64,000 nt of DNA from Candidatus Eiseniibacteriota bacterium (GTDB taxonomy: Bacteria; Eisenbacteria; RBG-16-71-46): NCBI GenBank assembly GCA_963717935.1, contig CAVQXP010000004.1, positions 1,344,001-1,408,000 on the forward strand, in the 5' to 3' direction. The stretch's first letter is position 1, and every line of letters starts with the position of its first letter. Below, piece by piece: positions 1 through 9,310 of this stretch. The position numbers and the translations under genes were made by a program. Below the pieces are notes generated by a model. The model was not told the DNA's origin and did no database searches. It was given only the letters and a program-made list of their open reading frames with translations.

Positions 1-1
1 G

Positions 2-463
2 AAGATCACCGAGGAGACCGGAGCGCAGATCGACATCGAGGACAGCGGCGAGGTGCGGATCGCGGCCATCAGCGGCGAGTCCGGCCGCCGGGCCGAGGAG
101 TTCATCCGCAACATCATCGAGGATCCCGAGGTCGGCCGGGTCTACCAGGGCAAGGTGCGCAGCATCGTCACCTTCGGCGCATTCGTCGAGATCGTGCCGG
201 GGCGCGACGGGCTGCTGCACATCTCGGAGATCGACTACCATCGCGTGGCGCGCACCGAGGACGTCCTCAACCTGGGCGACATCGTGATGGTGAAGGTCAT
301 CGGCGTGGACCGCGACGGCAAGATCAAGCTTTCGCGCAAGGCGCTGCTGCCGGAGCCTCCGGGATACGTCGCGCCGCCGCCGCGTGAAGGTGGCGACCGG
401 GACCGTGGGCACGATCGGGACCGCGGCCGGGACCGCGACCGGGGCCGCGGACCGCGTCGCTAG
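2..463 (+). CDS. pnp: Polyribonucleotide nucleotidyltransferase (PNPase), C-terminal KH/S1 part (5'-truncated by window edge)
   Basis: Frame from nt 2 reads KITEETGAQIDIEDSGEVRI (KH) then S1 domain (YQGKVRSIVTFGAFVEIVPGRDGLLHISEI) and an R/D/G-rich tail; followed by an M16 peptidase as in the common pnp-M16 synteny. Confidence 0.95.
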   Translation, partial: KITEETGAQIDIEDSGEVRIAAISGESGRRAEEFIRNIIEDPEVGRVYQGKVRSIVTFGAFVEIVPGRDGLLHISEIDYHRVARTEDVLNLGDIVMVKVIGVDRDGKIKLSRKALLPEPPGYVAPPPREGGDRDRGHDRDRGRDRDRGRGPRR

Positions 464-549
464 CTGCAGGCAGTCACAGGCTGTGCCGGGTGGCAGGGTG
501 ACCTGCCACTCGGCGTTTGGGGATGGATCGCAGCCCCCGGGGACGAGCG

Positions 550-1836
550 ATGGACACTGACCTCTACCGCAAGACCGTCCTGCCCTCGGGGCTCACCCTG
601 CTCACCGAGCGCATCCCCGACCGGCGCTCGCTCGCGCTGGGCGTGTGGGTGCGCAACGGCGCGCGCGACGAGCCGGGCGAACTGCTCGGCATCTCGCACT
701 TCATCGAGCACATGATGTTCAAGGGCACCGAGCGCCGCGACGCCCGTGCCATCGCGGCGAGCCTCGAGTCGCTGGGCGGCCACCTGGATGCATTCACCGC
801 CCGCGAGGAGGTCTGCTACTACGCCCGGGCGCTGGCCGAGCACCTGCCCGAAGTCGCGGACGTGCTGGCCGACATCGTCTGCCGCTCGAGCTTCGCGACC
901 GCCGACGTGGAGCGCGAGAAGTCGGTGGTGCGCGAGGAGATCGCCTCGGTCGAGGACAACCCCGAGGACAAGGTCACCGAGATGCTGGCTGGGCAGGTCT
1001 GGCCCGGGCATTCGCTCGGCCGGCCCATCCTGGGCACGGCGGACACGGTGGGCCGTCTCGACAGCGCCTGCCTGCGGGGCTACTTCCGCAGCCGCTACCG
1101 CTCCGAGGACCTGGTGATCGCGGCCGCGGGCGCGGTCGAGCACGAGCGCGTGGCCGAGGTCGTCGCTGCGCACTTCGCTCCGCCCGACGGACCGGCCCTG
1201 CCGCTCTCCGGCGCGCCCGCAGGCTTCGTCCCGGGCGTGGAGCACGAGACGCGAGAGGACCTGCACCAGCTCTACCTCGCGCTCGGCACGCGAGGCCTGG
1301 GCTACAACGACTCCGACCGCTACGCGCTGATCGTGCTCAACACGCTGCTGGGCGGCGGGATGAGTTCGCGGCTCTTTCAGAGCGTGCGCGAGGAGGCGGG
1401 GCTCGCCTACTCCGTGTTCTCTGCGGCGGACTTCCACCGTGAGACCGGGCTGGTCTCGATCCAGCTCGGTGTGGCGCCCGACCGCGGTCGCGAGGCGCTC
1501 GAGCGGGTGCGCCATGAACTCGAGAAGCTGGTGCGGGACGGGCCGTCGCAGGAGGAGGTCGCCGCGGCGCGCTTCCAGATCAAGGGGAGCGTGGTCATGG
1601 GGCAGGAGAGCGTCTCGAGCCGCATGGTCCACGTCGCCCACGAGGAGATCTACCGGGGCGCCTACACGTCGCCCGACGAACAGCTCGAGCGCGTCCTCGC
1701 CGTGACCCGCGACCAGGTCGTGGAGCTGGCGCGGCGCGTGCTGCCCCCCGGCCGCTTCGCGCTGAGCGCGATCGGTCCGGCGACCGGCCAGCAGCTCGAC
1801 GAGCGGGACTGGCCGGTGGAGACGGACCCGGCCTAG
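550..1836 (+). CDS. M16 family (pitrilysin/insulinase) zinc peptidase
   Basis: Inverted zinc motif HFIEH (GISHFIEHMMFKGT), LGGGMSSRLFQSVRE motif; ATG at 550 within ORF 517..1836. Confidence 0.92.
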   Translation: MDTDLYRKTVLPSGLTLLTERIPDRRSLALGVWVRNGARDEPGELLGISHFIEHMMFKGTERRDARAIAASLESLGGHLDAFTAREEVCYYARALAEHLPEVADVLADIVCRSSFATADVEREKSVVREEIASVEDNPEDKVTEMLAGQVWPGHSLGRPILGTADTVGRLDSACLRGYFRSRYRSEDLVIAAAGAVEHERVAEVVAAHFAPPDGPALPLSGAPAGFVPGVEHETREDLHQLYLALGTRGLGYNDSDRYALIVLNTLLGGGMSSRLFQSVREEAGLAYSVFSAADFHRETGLVSIQLGVAPDRGREALERVRHELEKLVRDGPSQEEVAAARFQIKGSVVMGQESVSSRMVHVAHEEIYRGAYTSPDEQLERVLAVTRDQVVELARRVLPPGRFALSAIGPATGQQLDERDWPVETDPA

Positions 1837-3047
1837 GCCATGCCCGCCTTCCCCGCGGGCGCGGCGCACAGCTCGCGCAACACCGCGCCGAGCCGCGCGA
1901 TCCCCTCGGTGATGCGTGCCTCCGGCATGTTGGAGAAGTTCAGGCGCAGGGTGTTCTCGTGCCCGCCGTTGGGGAAGAACGAGCCGCCGGGCACGAACGC
2001 CACGTTCCGCTCGAGGGCGCGCACCAGCGCCTCGCGGGCGCTGACGCCCTCGGGGAGCGTCGCCCACAGGAACAGGCCGCCCCGCGGGCGCGTCCAGGAG
2101 ACCCCGGGCGGGAACTCCGACTCGAGCGCGCGCAGCATGGCGTCGCGCCGCCGCCGGTAGACCTCGCGGATGCGCGCGATGCTGGCGTCGAGGTCGAAGC
2201 GCTCGAGGTAGGCGAGGATCTGATACTGCGCCAGCGTCGAGGTGTGCAGATCGGCGCCCTGCTTGACCAGCGCGTACTTCTCGTAGATCTCGCGCGGCGC
2301 GGCCAGCCAGCCGACGCGCATCCCGGGGCAGAAGATCTTCGAGAAGGTCCCGAGGTAGACCACCGGGCCGGCGCCGGCCAGCGAGGTCAGCGACGGCGGG
2401 GTCGTCCCCTCGTAGCAGAGCTCCCCGTACGGGTCGTCCTCGACGACGGTCAGCCCGTGGCGAGCCGCGGCGTCGAGCACGGCGTGGCGCCGCTCCAGGC
2501 TCCAGGTGCGCCCGCTCGGGTTCTGGAAGTTGGGCACCACGTAGATGAGCTTCGGGCGCCGGCAGCCGGCGATGCAGCGTTCCAGCTCGTCGGGGACCAT
2601 GCCGTCGTCATCGGTCGGCACCTCGACGAAGCGCGGGCGGTAGGCCCGGAAGGCGTTGATCGCGCCCAGGTAGGTGGGGCTCTCGCACAGCACCTCGTCG
2701 TCGTCGTCGAGGAAGATCTTGCCGGTCAGGTCGAGCCCCTGCTGCGAGCCGGAGGTGACCAGGATCCCGGAGGCCTCGACCGCGGTGCCGAGCCGGGAGT
2801 TCATGCGGCGGGCGATGGTCTCGCGCAGCCCGGGGTGCCCCTCGGTGGTCGAGTACTGCAGGGCCCGCGGGCCCTCCCGGTCGAGCACGTCGGCCATCAC
2901 GACCTTCAGGTCCTCGATGGGGAAGAGCTCCGGGGCCGGCAGCCCGCCGCCGAAGGAGATCACCTCGGGCCGCTGCGTGATCTTGAGCAACTCCCGGATC
3001 TCCGAGGCCTTCATCCCGTCCAGGCGGCGCGCGAATCGTGCGGTCAT
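1833..3047 (-). CDS. PLP-dependent aminotransferase, class I/II (LysN/2-aminoadipate transaminase-like)
   Basis: ISFGGGLP, VPNFQNPSG, EDDPY, GTFSKIFCPGMRVGW (PLP lysine); ATG 3047 preceded by GAGGAGGA. Confidence 0.9.
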   Translation of the reverse strand: MTARFARRLDGMKASEIRELLKITQRPEVISFGGGLPAPELFPIEDLKVVMADVLDREGPRALQYSTTEGHPGLRETIARRMNSRLGTAVEASGILVTSGSQQGLDLTGKIFLDDDDEVLCESPTYLGAINAFRAYRPRFVEVPTDDDGMVPDELERCIAGCRRPKLIYVVPNFQNPSGRTWSLERRHAVLDAAARHGLTVVEDDPYGELCYEGTTPPSLTSLAGAGPVVYLGTFSKIFCPGMRVGWLAAPREIYEKYALVKQGADLHTSTLAQYQILAYLERFDLDASIARIREVYRRRRDAMLRALESEFPPGVSWTRPRGGLFLWATLPEGVSAREALVRALERNVAFVPGGSFFPNGGHENTLRLNFSNMPEARITEGIARLGAVLRELCAAPAGKAGMA

Positions 3048-3064
3048 GGTGTCCTCCTCGAGTC

Positions 3065-4577
3065 TCAGACGATGGGCCGCGTCGAGGCGGCCTGGATTTC
3101 CGTGGTGTCGGGGTGGCCCGTCTCCTGCCGGATCGCCGCGGCCAGTCGCGCGACGCCCTCCCGGATCTGCGTCCTCGTCCGGGTAGGAGAAGTTGAGGCG
3201 GATGAACTCGGCCGGCGGCTCGTCGGCGAAGCACGCCCGGCCCGGCAGGTACGAGACGCCGGCCTCCGCGGCGCGCGCCAGCAGGGCCGCGGGGCGCACG
3301 CCCTCCGGCAGCCGGCACCAGAAGTAGAAGCCGCCCTGGGGGCGCTGCCAGCCGAGGCCCGGCACCGCGGCTTCGCGCAGCGCGCCGTCCATCGCGTCCC
3401 GCCGCCGGCCGGTACGCCCGGCGCACGGCGCGCATGTGGCCACTCATGCGCCCGCCCTGCATGAACCGGTCGAGCACCCACTGGCCGAGCGTGTTCGAGT
3501 GCAGGTCGGCCGTCTGCCGGGCGAGCGCGAACTGCCGCACCACCGCGCGCGGGGCGACCAGGAAGCCGAGCCGCATGCCGGGGAAGAGCAGCTTCGAGAA
3601 GGTGGAGAGGTAGAGCACGTTGCCCGCCGGGTCCAGCGCCCGCAGCGAGGGCACCGGATCGCCCTCGTAGCGCAGCTCGGAGTAGGGATCGTCCTCGAGG
3701 ACGGGCACCTGGTAGCGGCGCGAGAGCGCGAGCAGGTGCTGACGGCGCTCGAGCGGGAGCACCGCGCCCGAGGGGTTCTGGAAGGTGGGCAGCGTGTAGA
3801 TGAGCTTGGGCCGGAAGCGCGCCAGGACGCTCTCCAGCACGTCGGTGCGCATCCCGTGCTCGTCGGTGGGCACGCCGATGAGGCGCGCCCGCGCGCCGCG
3901 GAAGGTCTGCAGCGCGCCGATGAACGAGGGTTGCTCGACGACCACGGCGTCGCCGGGGTCGAGGAAGATGCGCGCCGCGAGGTCGAGGCCCTGTTGCGAG
4001 CCGGACAGCACCAGCACCTCGTCCGGGGTGCAGCCCACTCCGCGCGCGGCCATCATCTGCGCGAGCGTCGCGCGCAGCGCCGTGAGCCCCTCGGTGGGGC
4101 TGTGCAGCAGGGCGGCGGGGCCGGTGTCGTCCAGCACCTCCGTGATGAGGGCGCGCAGCTCGGCGAAGGGCAGCAGCTCGGGGGCGGGCATGCCGAAGGA
4201 CAGCGGGATCGCGTCGGCGCGCTCGGTGAGCCGCAGCAGGTCGCCCACGAGCGGATCCTGGAAGCCCGAGACGGCGGCCCCGAAGAGCTGCCGCCAGGGC
4301 AGCTCCTGCTCCGTCGTCCGGGTGGGCGGGGGCCGTCTCGGGGAGCGTGACCATCGTGCCCCGCCCGACGTGCGCGTCGATCAGCGCGTCGGCGCGCAGC
4401 TCCTGGTAGGCGATCAGCACCGTGCTGCGGCTGACGCCGAGCGCCTGCGCGAGACGGCGCTCGGGTGGCAGCCGGAAGCCAGCCGGGAGCTTGCCGGCAA
4501 GTGATCAGGTCGCGGACCTGCCGCGCGATCTGCTGGTAGATCGGCTCGTGACTGCTGCGATCGATCGAGATCTCCAT
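3065..4577 (-). CDS. MocR/GabR-family transcriptional regulator (GntR HTH + aminotransferase-like domain), frameshifted in this sequence
   Basis: N-terminus MEISIDRSSHEPIYQQIARQVRDLI, HTH ...LGVSRSTVLIAYQELRADALIDAHVGRGT, PLP domain (PTFQNPSG, EDDPY, STFSKLLFPGMRLG) spread over several frames; about 4 frameshifts (~4500, ~4300, ~3410, ~3170); GGAGGT upstream. Confidence 0.85.
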
Positions 4578-4600
4578 GTCGACCTCCGGGCACGACGGTA

Positions 4601-4738
4601 CTTGGATGCCGATTGGCACCGACCAATCGGCATCCTAGCCGTTCGCGACCGGGTGTTCAAGCTCCAATCGGTCCGCCAGTGTTCGGTCCAATGTAGTTGA
4701 TTGGATTGATTGGACTGTCAACGTCCTCGCGGATTGGC
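4601..4738 (-). promoter_or_regulatory. Promoter/operator region of the MocR gene with repeated CCAATC boxes
   Basis: Minus strand TTGACA (4721-4716) ... TACATT (4695-4690) with tandem TCCAATCAA x2 in the spacer; inverted repeat GGATGCCGATTGG/CCAATCGGCATCC at 4604-4616/4623-4635. Confidence 0.6.
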
Positions 4739-4887
4739 CTTGCCACACGATTGCAGGCCGCGTGAGACGCAAAGAGCTCAGGTGTCCTGCTTCCGCCTCT
4801 GTCTCTCGCCGGCTGCACGGTCTTGGAGGGGCCCATCGGGGCTCGAGGGCCCGTCCTCACGGGGGCCGAGACCCCCCAGAGACGGGT

Positions 4888-4916
4888 TTGACAGTGGATT
4901 GGGTGGCCGACATAGT
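4888..4916 (+). promoter_or_regulatory. Sigma70-type promoter for the DUF3108 operon
   Basis: TTGACA (4888-4893)-N17-CATAGT (4911-4916), 60 nt upstream of ATG 4976. Confidence 0.55.
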
Positions 4917-4975
4917 GTCGAGCGATGGGAGCGACGCCTCGGCCGGCACCGGACTTGCGTTCCGTCGGGAGCGTC

Positions 4976-5840
4976 ATGAAGCCGCGACTCCGTCCCCTCA
5001 GGCGCCTGTTCACCTCTCCGGCGCGGGCTCTTGCCGGCGTCGTTCTGGCGCTCGCCCTGACCGGCGCCTCGCCTGCGGCGGACTCCACCCTGCCCGTGCC
5101 GCCCGACAGTGCCGACATCGCCTCGTCCATCCAGGTGCCGGGCCCCGGCCAGCACGAGGTGCTGCCCGCCCCGGCCCGGGCCTTCGGCGCGCGGGAGTCG
5201 CTCAAGTTCTCGGTGCAATACGGCTTCATCCACGCCGGAACCGCCTGGCTCGAGATCCCCGAAGTGCGCAACTACAAGGGGCACGAGGTCTACCTGTTGC
5301 TGGCGCGCGCCGAGTCGAACGCCTTCTTCAGCCGCTTCTACAAGGTCCGCGAGCGGATCGAGTCGCTACTGGGACCGCCGCGGCCTCTACAGCCGGCGCT
5401 ACGTCGAGGACCGCCGCGAAGGGAAGTACCGCCAGCAGAGCGACATCGTCTTCGACCCGGTCCGCAACGAGGCGGTCTACTCGGACGGGCGCACCTTCCC
5501 GGTGCCGGCGCGCGTGCAGGACGCGCTCTCGGCGTTCTACTACTTCCGCACCCAGGCGCTGCCACTCGGCGGCAGCATCGTCTTCCACTATCATGCGAGC
5601 CGGAAGAGCCAGCCGTTGCAGGTCAAGGTGCTGGGGCGCGAGCGCATCGAGACGCCGGCCGGCACCTTCGATTGCGTCGGCGTCGAGCCCATCCTGAAGG
5701 CCGGGGGCATCTTCAAGAACTCCGGCCGGCTGGTGATCTGGGTCACCGACGACGAGCGCCGCATGCCGGTGCTCATGAAGAGCAAGGTCGCCATCGGCTC
5801 GATCAGCGTCGTGCTGGTCGAGGCCAAGGCGGGGGGCTGA
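4976..5840 (+). CDS. DUF3108-domain exported protein (one frameshift near 5365)
   Basis: Signal peptide, then GARESLKFSVQYGFIHAGTAWL...FYKVRERIES; continues in another frame YWDRRGLYSRRY...ETPAGTFDC...WVTDDERRMPVLMKSKVAIGSI, typical of DUF3108. Confidence 0.8.
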
Positions 5841-6787
5841 TGTCGCGCTACCGGGAAGCGGATCTCACGCGGCTTGCGGTGGGCTCTTTCGAGCAGCGCG
5901 CCACGCACGTCCGGATCGAGGATTTCGCGCGGCCGCTCGCGCCCGAGGCCGCGGCGGCCGTGCTGGACTCGCTCCCGGACCAGCTGGCGGCGCGGGCGCT
6001 GCGCGAGGTCGTGGACCGCGTCGCCGAGGCACACCGGCGGGGACGTCCGGTCGTGGCCATGTGCGGTGGCCACGTCGTCAAGGTGGGCGTGTCGCCCTGC
6101 CTCGTCACCCTGCTCGAGCGCGGCGTGATCACGCACCTGGCGCTCAACGGCGCGGCCGCCCTGCACGACATCGAGATCGCGCGCGCGGGCCGGACCTCCG
6201 AGGACGTCGAGGCGAACCTGCAGGCGGGCTCCTTCGGCATGGTGGACGAGACCGGCGACTTCATGAACGCGGCGATGCGCGAGGGGGCGCGGCGTGGCGA
6301 GGGACTGGGCGAGTGCTGGGGGCGGGCGCTCTGCGAGGAGGCCGCGACGCACGCCGGGGCGAGCCTCGTGGCGGTGGCGTGGCGGCTCGGCGTGCCGGCC
6401 ACGGTCCACGTGGCCGTGGGCACGGACACGGTCCACTACCACCCGCGCTGCGACGGGGCGGCGCTCGGGGAGACGTCGCTGCGCGATTTCCGCATCTTCG
6501 CGGCGACGCTGGCCGAGGCGCGCGGCGCGGCCGTGCTCAATTTCGGCTCGGCCGTGGTGCTGCCCGAGGTCTTCCTCAAGGCGCTCGTGGTGGCGCGCAA
6601 CCTGGGCGCCGGCCTGGAGGGCTTGACCACCGCGAACTTCGACCAGGTCCAGCACTACAGGCCGCGTGTGAACGTGGTCGAGCGCCCGACGCGGGCCGAA
6701 GGGGCCCGGGGCTACTCCCTCACGGGCCACCACGAGATCATGGTCCCGCTCTTTGCGGGCGCCGTCCTGGCCCGGATCGCCCGCTGA
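5840..6787 (+). CDS. Conserved hypothetical protein, deoxyhypusine-synthase-like fold
   Basis: Motifs MCGGHVVKVG, HLALNGAAALHDIE, TSEDV, GSAVVLPEVFLKAL, GHHEIMVPL; translationally coupled (TGATG) to the upstream gene. Confidence 0.7.
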   Translation: MSRYREADLTRLAVGSFEQRATHVRIEDFARPLAPEAAAAVLDSLPDQLAARALREVVDRVAEAHRRGRPVVAMCGGHVVKVGVSPCLVTLLERGVITHLALNGAAALHDIEIARAGRTSEDVEANLQAGSFGMVDETGDFMNAAMREGARRGEGLGECWGRALCEEAATHAGASLVAVAWRLGVPATVHVAVGTDTVHYHPRCDGAALGETSLRDFRIFAATLAEARGAAVLNFGSAVVLPEVFLKALVVARNLGAGLEGLTTANFDQVQHYRPRVNVVERPTRAEGARGYSLTGHHEIMVPLFAGAVLARIAR

Positions 6788-6866
6788 CCGCGGGTAGCCC
6801 GGGCCAGGGCCGGGCTCGGCACAGGCCTTGCGTTTCGCTGTCCCCAGCCCGGACGGGCCGAGACGT

Positions 6867-6896
6867 TTGACAGCGCAGGCAGCCGCCGCCTACAAT
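6867..6896 (+). promoter_or_regulatory. Near-consensus sigma70 promoter of the polysaccharide export operon
   Basis: TTGACA (6867-6872)-N18-TACAAT (6891-6896). Confidence 0.7.
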
Positions 6897-6902
6897 TCAA
6901 CT

Positions 6903-7140
6903 CCCCTTCGCACCGCGACTTGCGGTGCTCGACTAGCTCCACGGCGGAGGCTCACCAAGACGCGTCTTGCTACTGCTTCGGGCAGGGCTGGTTAGTTATT
7001 TGACCCTGCTGATGGATCGTGGACCGGGTTTGACCCCGGCGCCGATCGCTTGCGTCTGGTAGGCCAGAGGATTCTCGGACCGCCGTACACCCCGGCTCAT
7101 CCATCATGATGCGCAGGGTCTCGGGGAAGTCCCCATTCCT
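6903..7140 (+). ncRNA. Candidate structured 5' leader (cis-regulatory RNA) of the wza operon
   Basis: About 240-nt UTR with successive hairpins: GCACCGC/GCGGTGC 6910-6928, CTCC/GGAG 6937-6949, CAAGAC/GTCTTG 6956-6969, cTTCGg loop ~6976-6981, GCAGGG/CCCTGC 6982-7009, CCGGG/CCCGG 7024-7039, TCTGG/CCAGA 7055-7068. Confidence 0.4.
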
Positions 7141-7149
7141 GGAGTGGTC

Positions 7150-7893
7150 GTGAAACGTCTCGCTGTCTTCGCCATCGCACTCACGCTCGCGCTGTCCCCC
7201 GGTCCCGTCTCCGGGGCGGCGCCTCCGGTCGACACCCCCATCGACCAGATCGACTGGGGCCAGACCCCGGAATACCGCATCGTTCCGGGTGACATCCTGG
7301 TGTTGAACTTCGGTCCCCGTGAGGGCATTCCCACCGACCTGGTTCGCCAGGCGGAAGTGCGCCTCGATGGCCGCATCACGGTCTTCCCGATCGGAGATGT
7401 CGTTGCCGCGGGCCGCACGCCGGTCGAGCTCCAGACCGAGTTGATCCGGCTGCTGGCCGGCGAATACAGGCAGCCCCGCGTCACGGTCGAACTCGTGAAG
7501 TCGGTCGCGAACCGCGTCCACGTGCTGGGGCGGGTGAAGAAGCCGGGCTCGCAGGTGGTCCAGTCGCTCCCGACCCTGCTGCAGGTCATCGCCGAGGCCG
7601 GGGGGTTCGAGGACGATGCGGCGCGCAACAGCGTGATCGTCATGCATCGGGTCGGCCTCGGCTCCGTGAGCGTCGCCCGCATCCGTGCGGGCCATCTCCT
7701 GCGGGGTGGTGGTGACGTCCCGCTCTCCCGCTTCGACATCGTTTACGTGCCGCGCTCGACCATCGGCAACGTGGACGTCTTCGTGGAACAGTTCTTCTCA
7801 CGCACCATTCCGGTCGGGTCCGCAGCCTTTCTCGGCTGGGAACTCTTCAACCTGGACAAGGTCTTCGCGTCCGGGCGCACCGTGGTCCGATAA
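7150..7893 (+). CDS. wza: Polysaccharide export protein (Wza/OPX family, Poly_export + SLBB)
   Basis: EYRIVPGDILVLNF, VRLDGRITVFPIGDVVAAGRTP, VHVLGRVKKPG, TLLQVIAEAGG, LSRFDIVYVP; GTG at 7150 after GGAG. Confidence 0.88.
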   Translation: MKRLAVFAIALTLALSPGPVSGAAPPVDTPIDQIDWGQTPEYRIVPGDILVLNFGPREGIPTDLVRQAEVRLDGRITVFPIGDVVAAGRTPVELQTELIRLLAGEYRQPRVTVELVKSVANRVHVLGRVKKPGSQVVQSLPTLLQVIAEAGGFEDDAARNSVIVMHRVGLGSVSVARIRAGHLLRGGGDVPLSRFDIVYVPRSTIGNVDVFVEQFFSRTIPVGSAAFLGWELFNLDKVFASGRTVVR

Positions 7894-7905
7894 GGGGAGA
7901 CCCGC

Positions 7906-9310
7906 ATGACGCCCGAGATCGTCCCGGCACCCTCCAGTTCCCAGCGCGCCACCGCCCGGGAGTTCTTCGCGGTGGTGTTCCGCCGGCGCTGGATCATCAT
8001 CGGGCTGTTCGCGGCGACCCTGGGCACCGTGCTGGCCGTGACTCTGGGCACGCCCCGGTACTTTGTCTCGTCCGGGCAGGTGTTGGTGCGGCGGGGCGAG
8101 CAGCAGAGCGCGATGAACCCCGTGCGCCAGGTCGCGAACGAGTGGGAGATCGAGCTTGGCAGCGAGATCCAGACGGCGAGGAGCCGGCCGGTCCTGGAGC
8201 ACGCCCAGAAGCTTCTGGACAAGGAGCGGCTCGGCCAGCCGGCCGTGGTGTTGGACGAGCGCCGGGTGGAGGTGGGGGTGACCGGCAAGAGCAACGTGCT
8301 GGTGCTCGGCCTACCGCGACCGTGACCCTCATGTGGCCGAGCGGGGATGTGACGCGCTGCTGCGTGCCTACATCGACTACCGGCAGAGCTCCCGGCTCAG
8401 CTACCCGCGGCCCTTCTTCGACCGCGAGATCACGCAGGCCGCGGCCGAGCTGCGGCGCTGGACCGAGCTGCGCCGGGAGTTCTCCAACCAGACCGGGATG
8501 GTGGATCTGGTCGAGCAGCGGCGGTCGACGATCCTGCTGCGGGGTAATCTGGAACAGCACCGGGCCTCCGTTGCGGGCGACCTGGCCGAGGCGGCGGCGC
8601 AGTACCGCATCATGGGCGAGCTCAAGGAGAACCCGGACGTCGACCAGCCGAGCCTGTTGCAGCCCAGCGGGGTCGACGGCACGATCGACCTCGTCAAGCG
8701 GCAGGTCGTCGAACAGCAGGGCCGCATCGCCCGGCTGCTCGAGCGATACCGGGGCGATTCGCCCGAAGTCGTGAATGCCCAGGTCACTCTCGACACGCTG
8801 CGCGGGATGCTGCAGCGGGAGGCGCAGGCGCGTTACGTCATCGCGCGCTCGCGCATGCAGGTGGCGCGTGCGAAGCTGGACGCGATGGACCGTGACATCG
8901 AAGTGGTGGACGCCACGCTGGCTCGGATGCCGGACATCGAGGCCCGCCTGGTCGAGATGGACAACCAGATCAGCACCTGGAAGGCCCGCTATGCCGACCT
9001 CGCGAAGAGCAGCGACCAGGCCCGGGTCAACGAGAACACGGTCCCGCTGATCGCGGTCTACCTGCTGAACCCGGCCAGCCCCGCGCGGACAGAGAATTCC
9101 AGCGACTACGTGCGGCTCGGGCTCGCGCCGGTCTTCAGCCTGGTCGTGGGCGTCGGCCTGGCGTTCTTCGTCGACGGTCTCGATCTCACGGTCCACACGT
9201 CCGGCCAGGCGGAGGAGGAAGTCCGGCTGCCGGTGCTCGCCGCCATCCGGGAACGGAGGCGGGGCGGTCGGCGTCCCCGTCACCGCGAACCGGAGAAGAC
9301 GCCGGCATGA
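7906..9310 (+). CDS. Polysaccharide co-polymerase / chain-length determinant (Wzz/GumC, Wzc N-terminal-like), frameshift near 8310
   Basis: N-terminal TM after VVFRRRWII, coiled-coil periplasmic region, C-terminal TM LVVGVGLAFFVDGLD...LPVLAAI; split between ORFs 7906..8325 and 8333..9310. Confidence 0.85.

Noticed and set aside
395..450. 18-nt tandem repeat (DRDRGx x3)
   Set aside because: Coding low-complexity tail of PNPase, not a CRISPR or regulatory repeat
4925..6787. 620-aa DUF3108::DHS-like fusion
   Set aside because: Artefact of the frameshift near 5365; the middle segment is nonsense and two separate genes meet at TGATG 5838-5842
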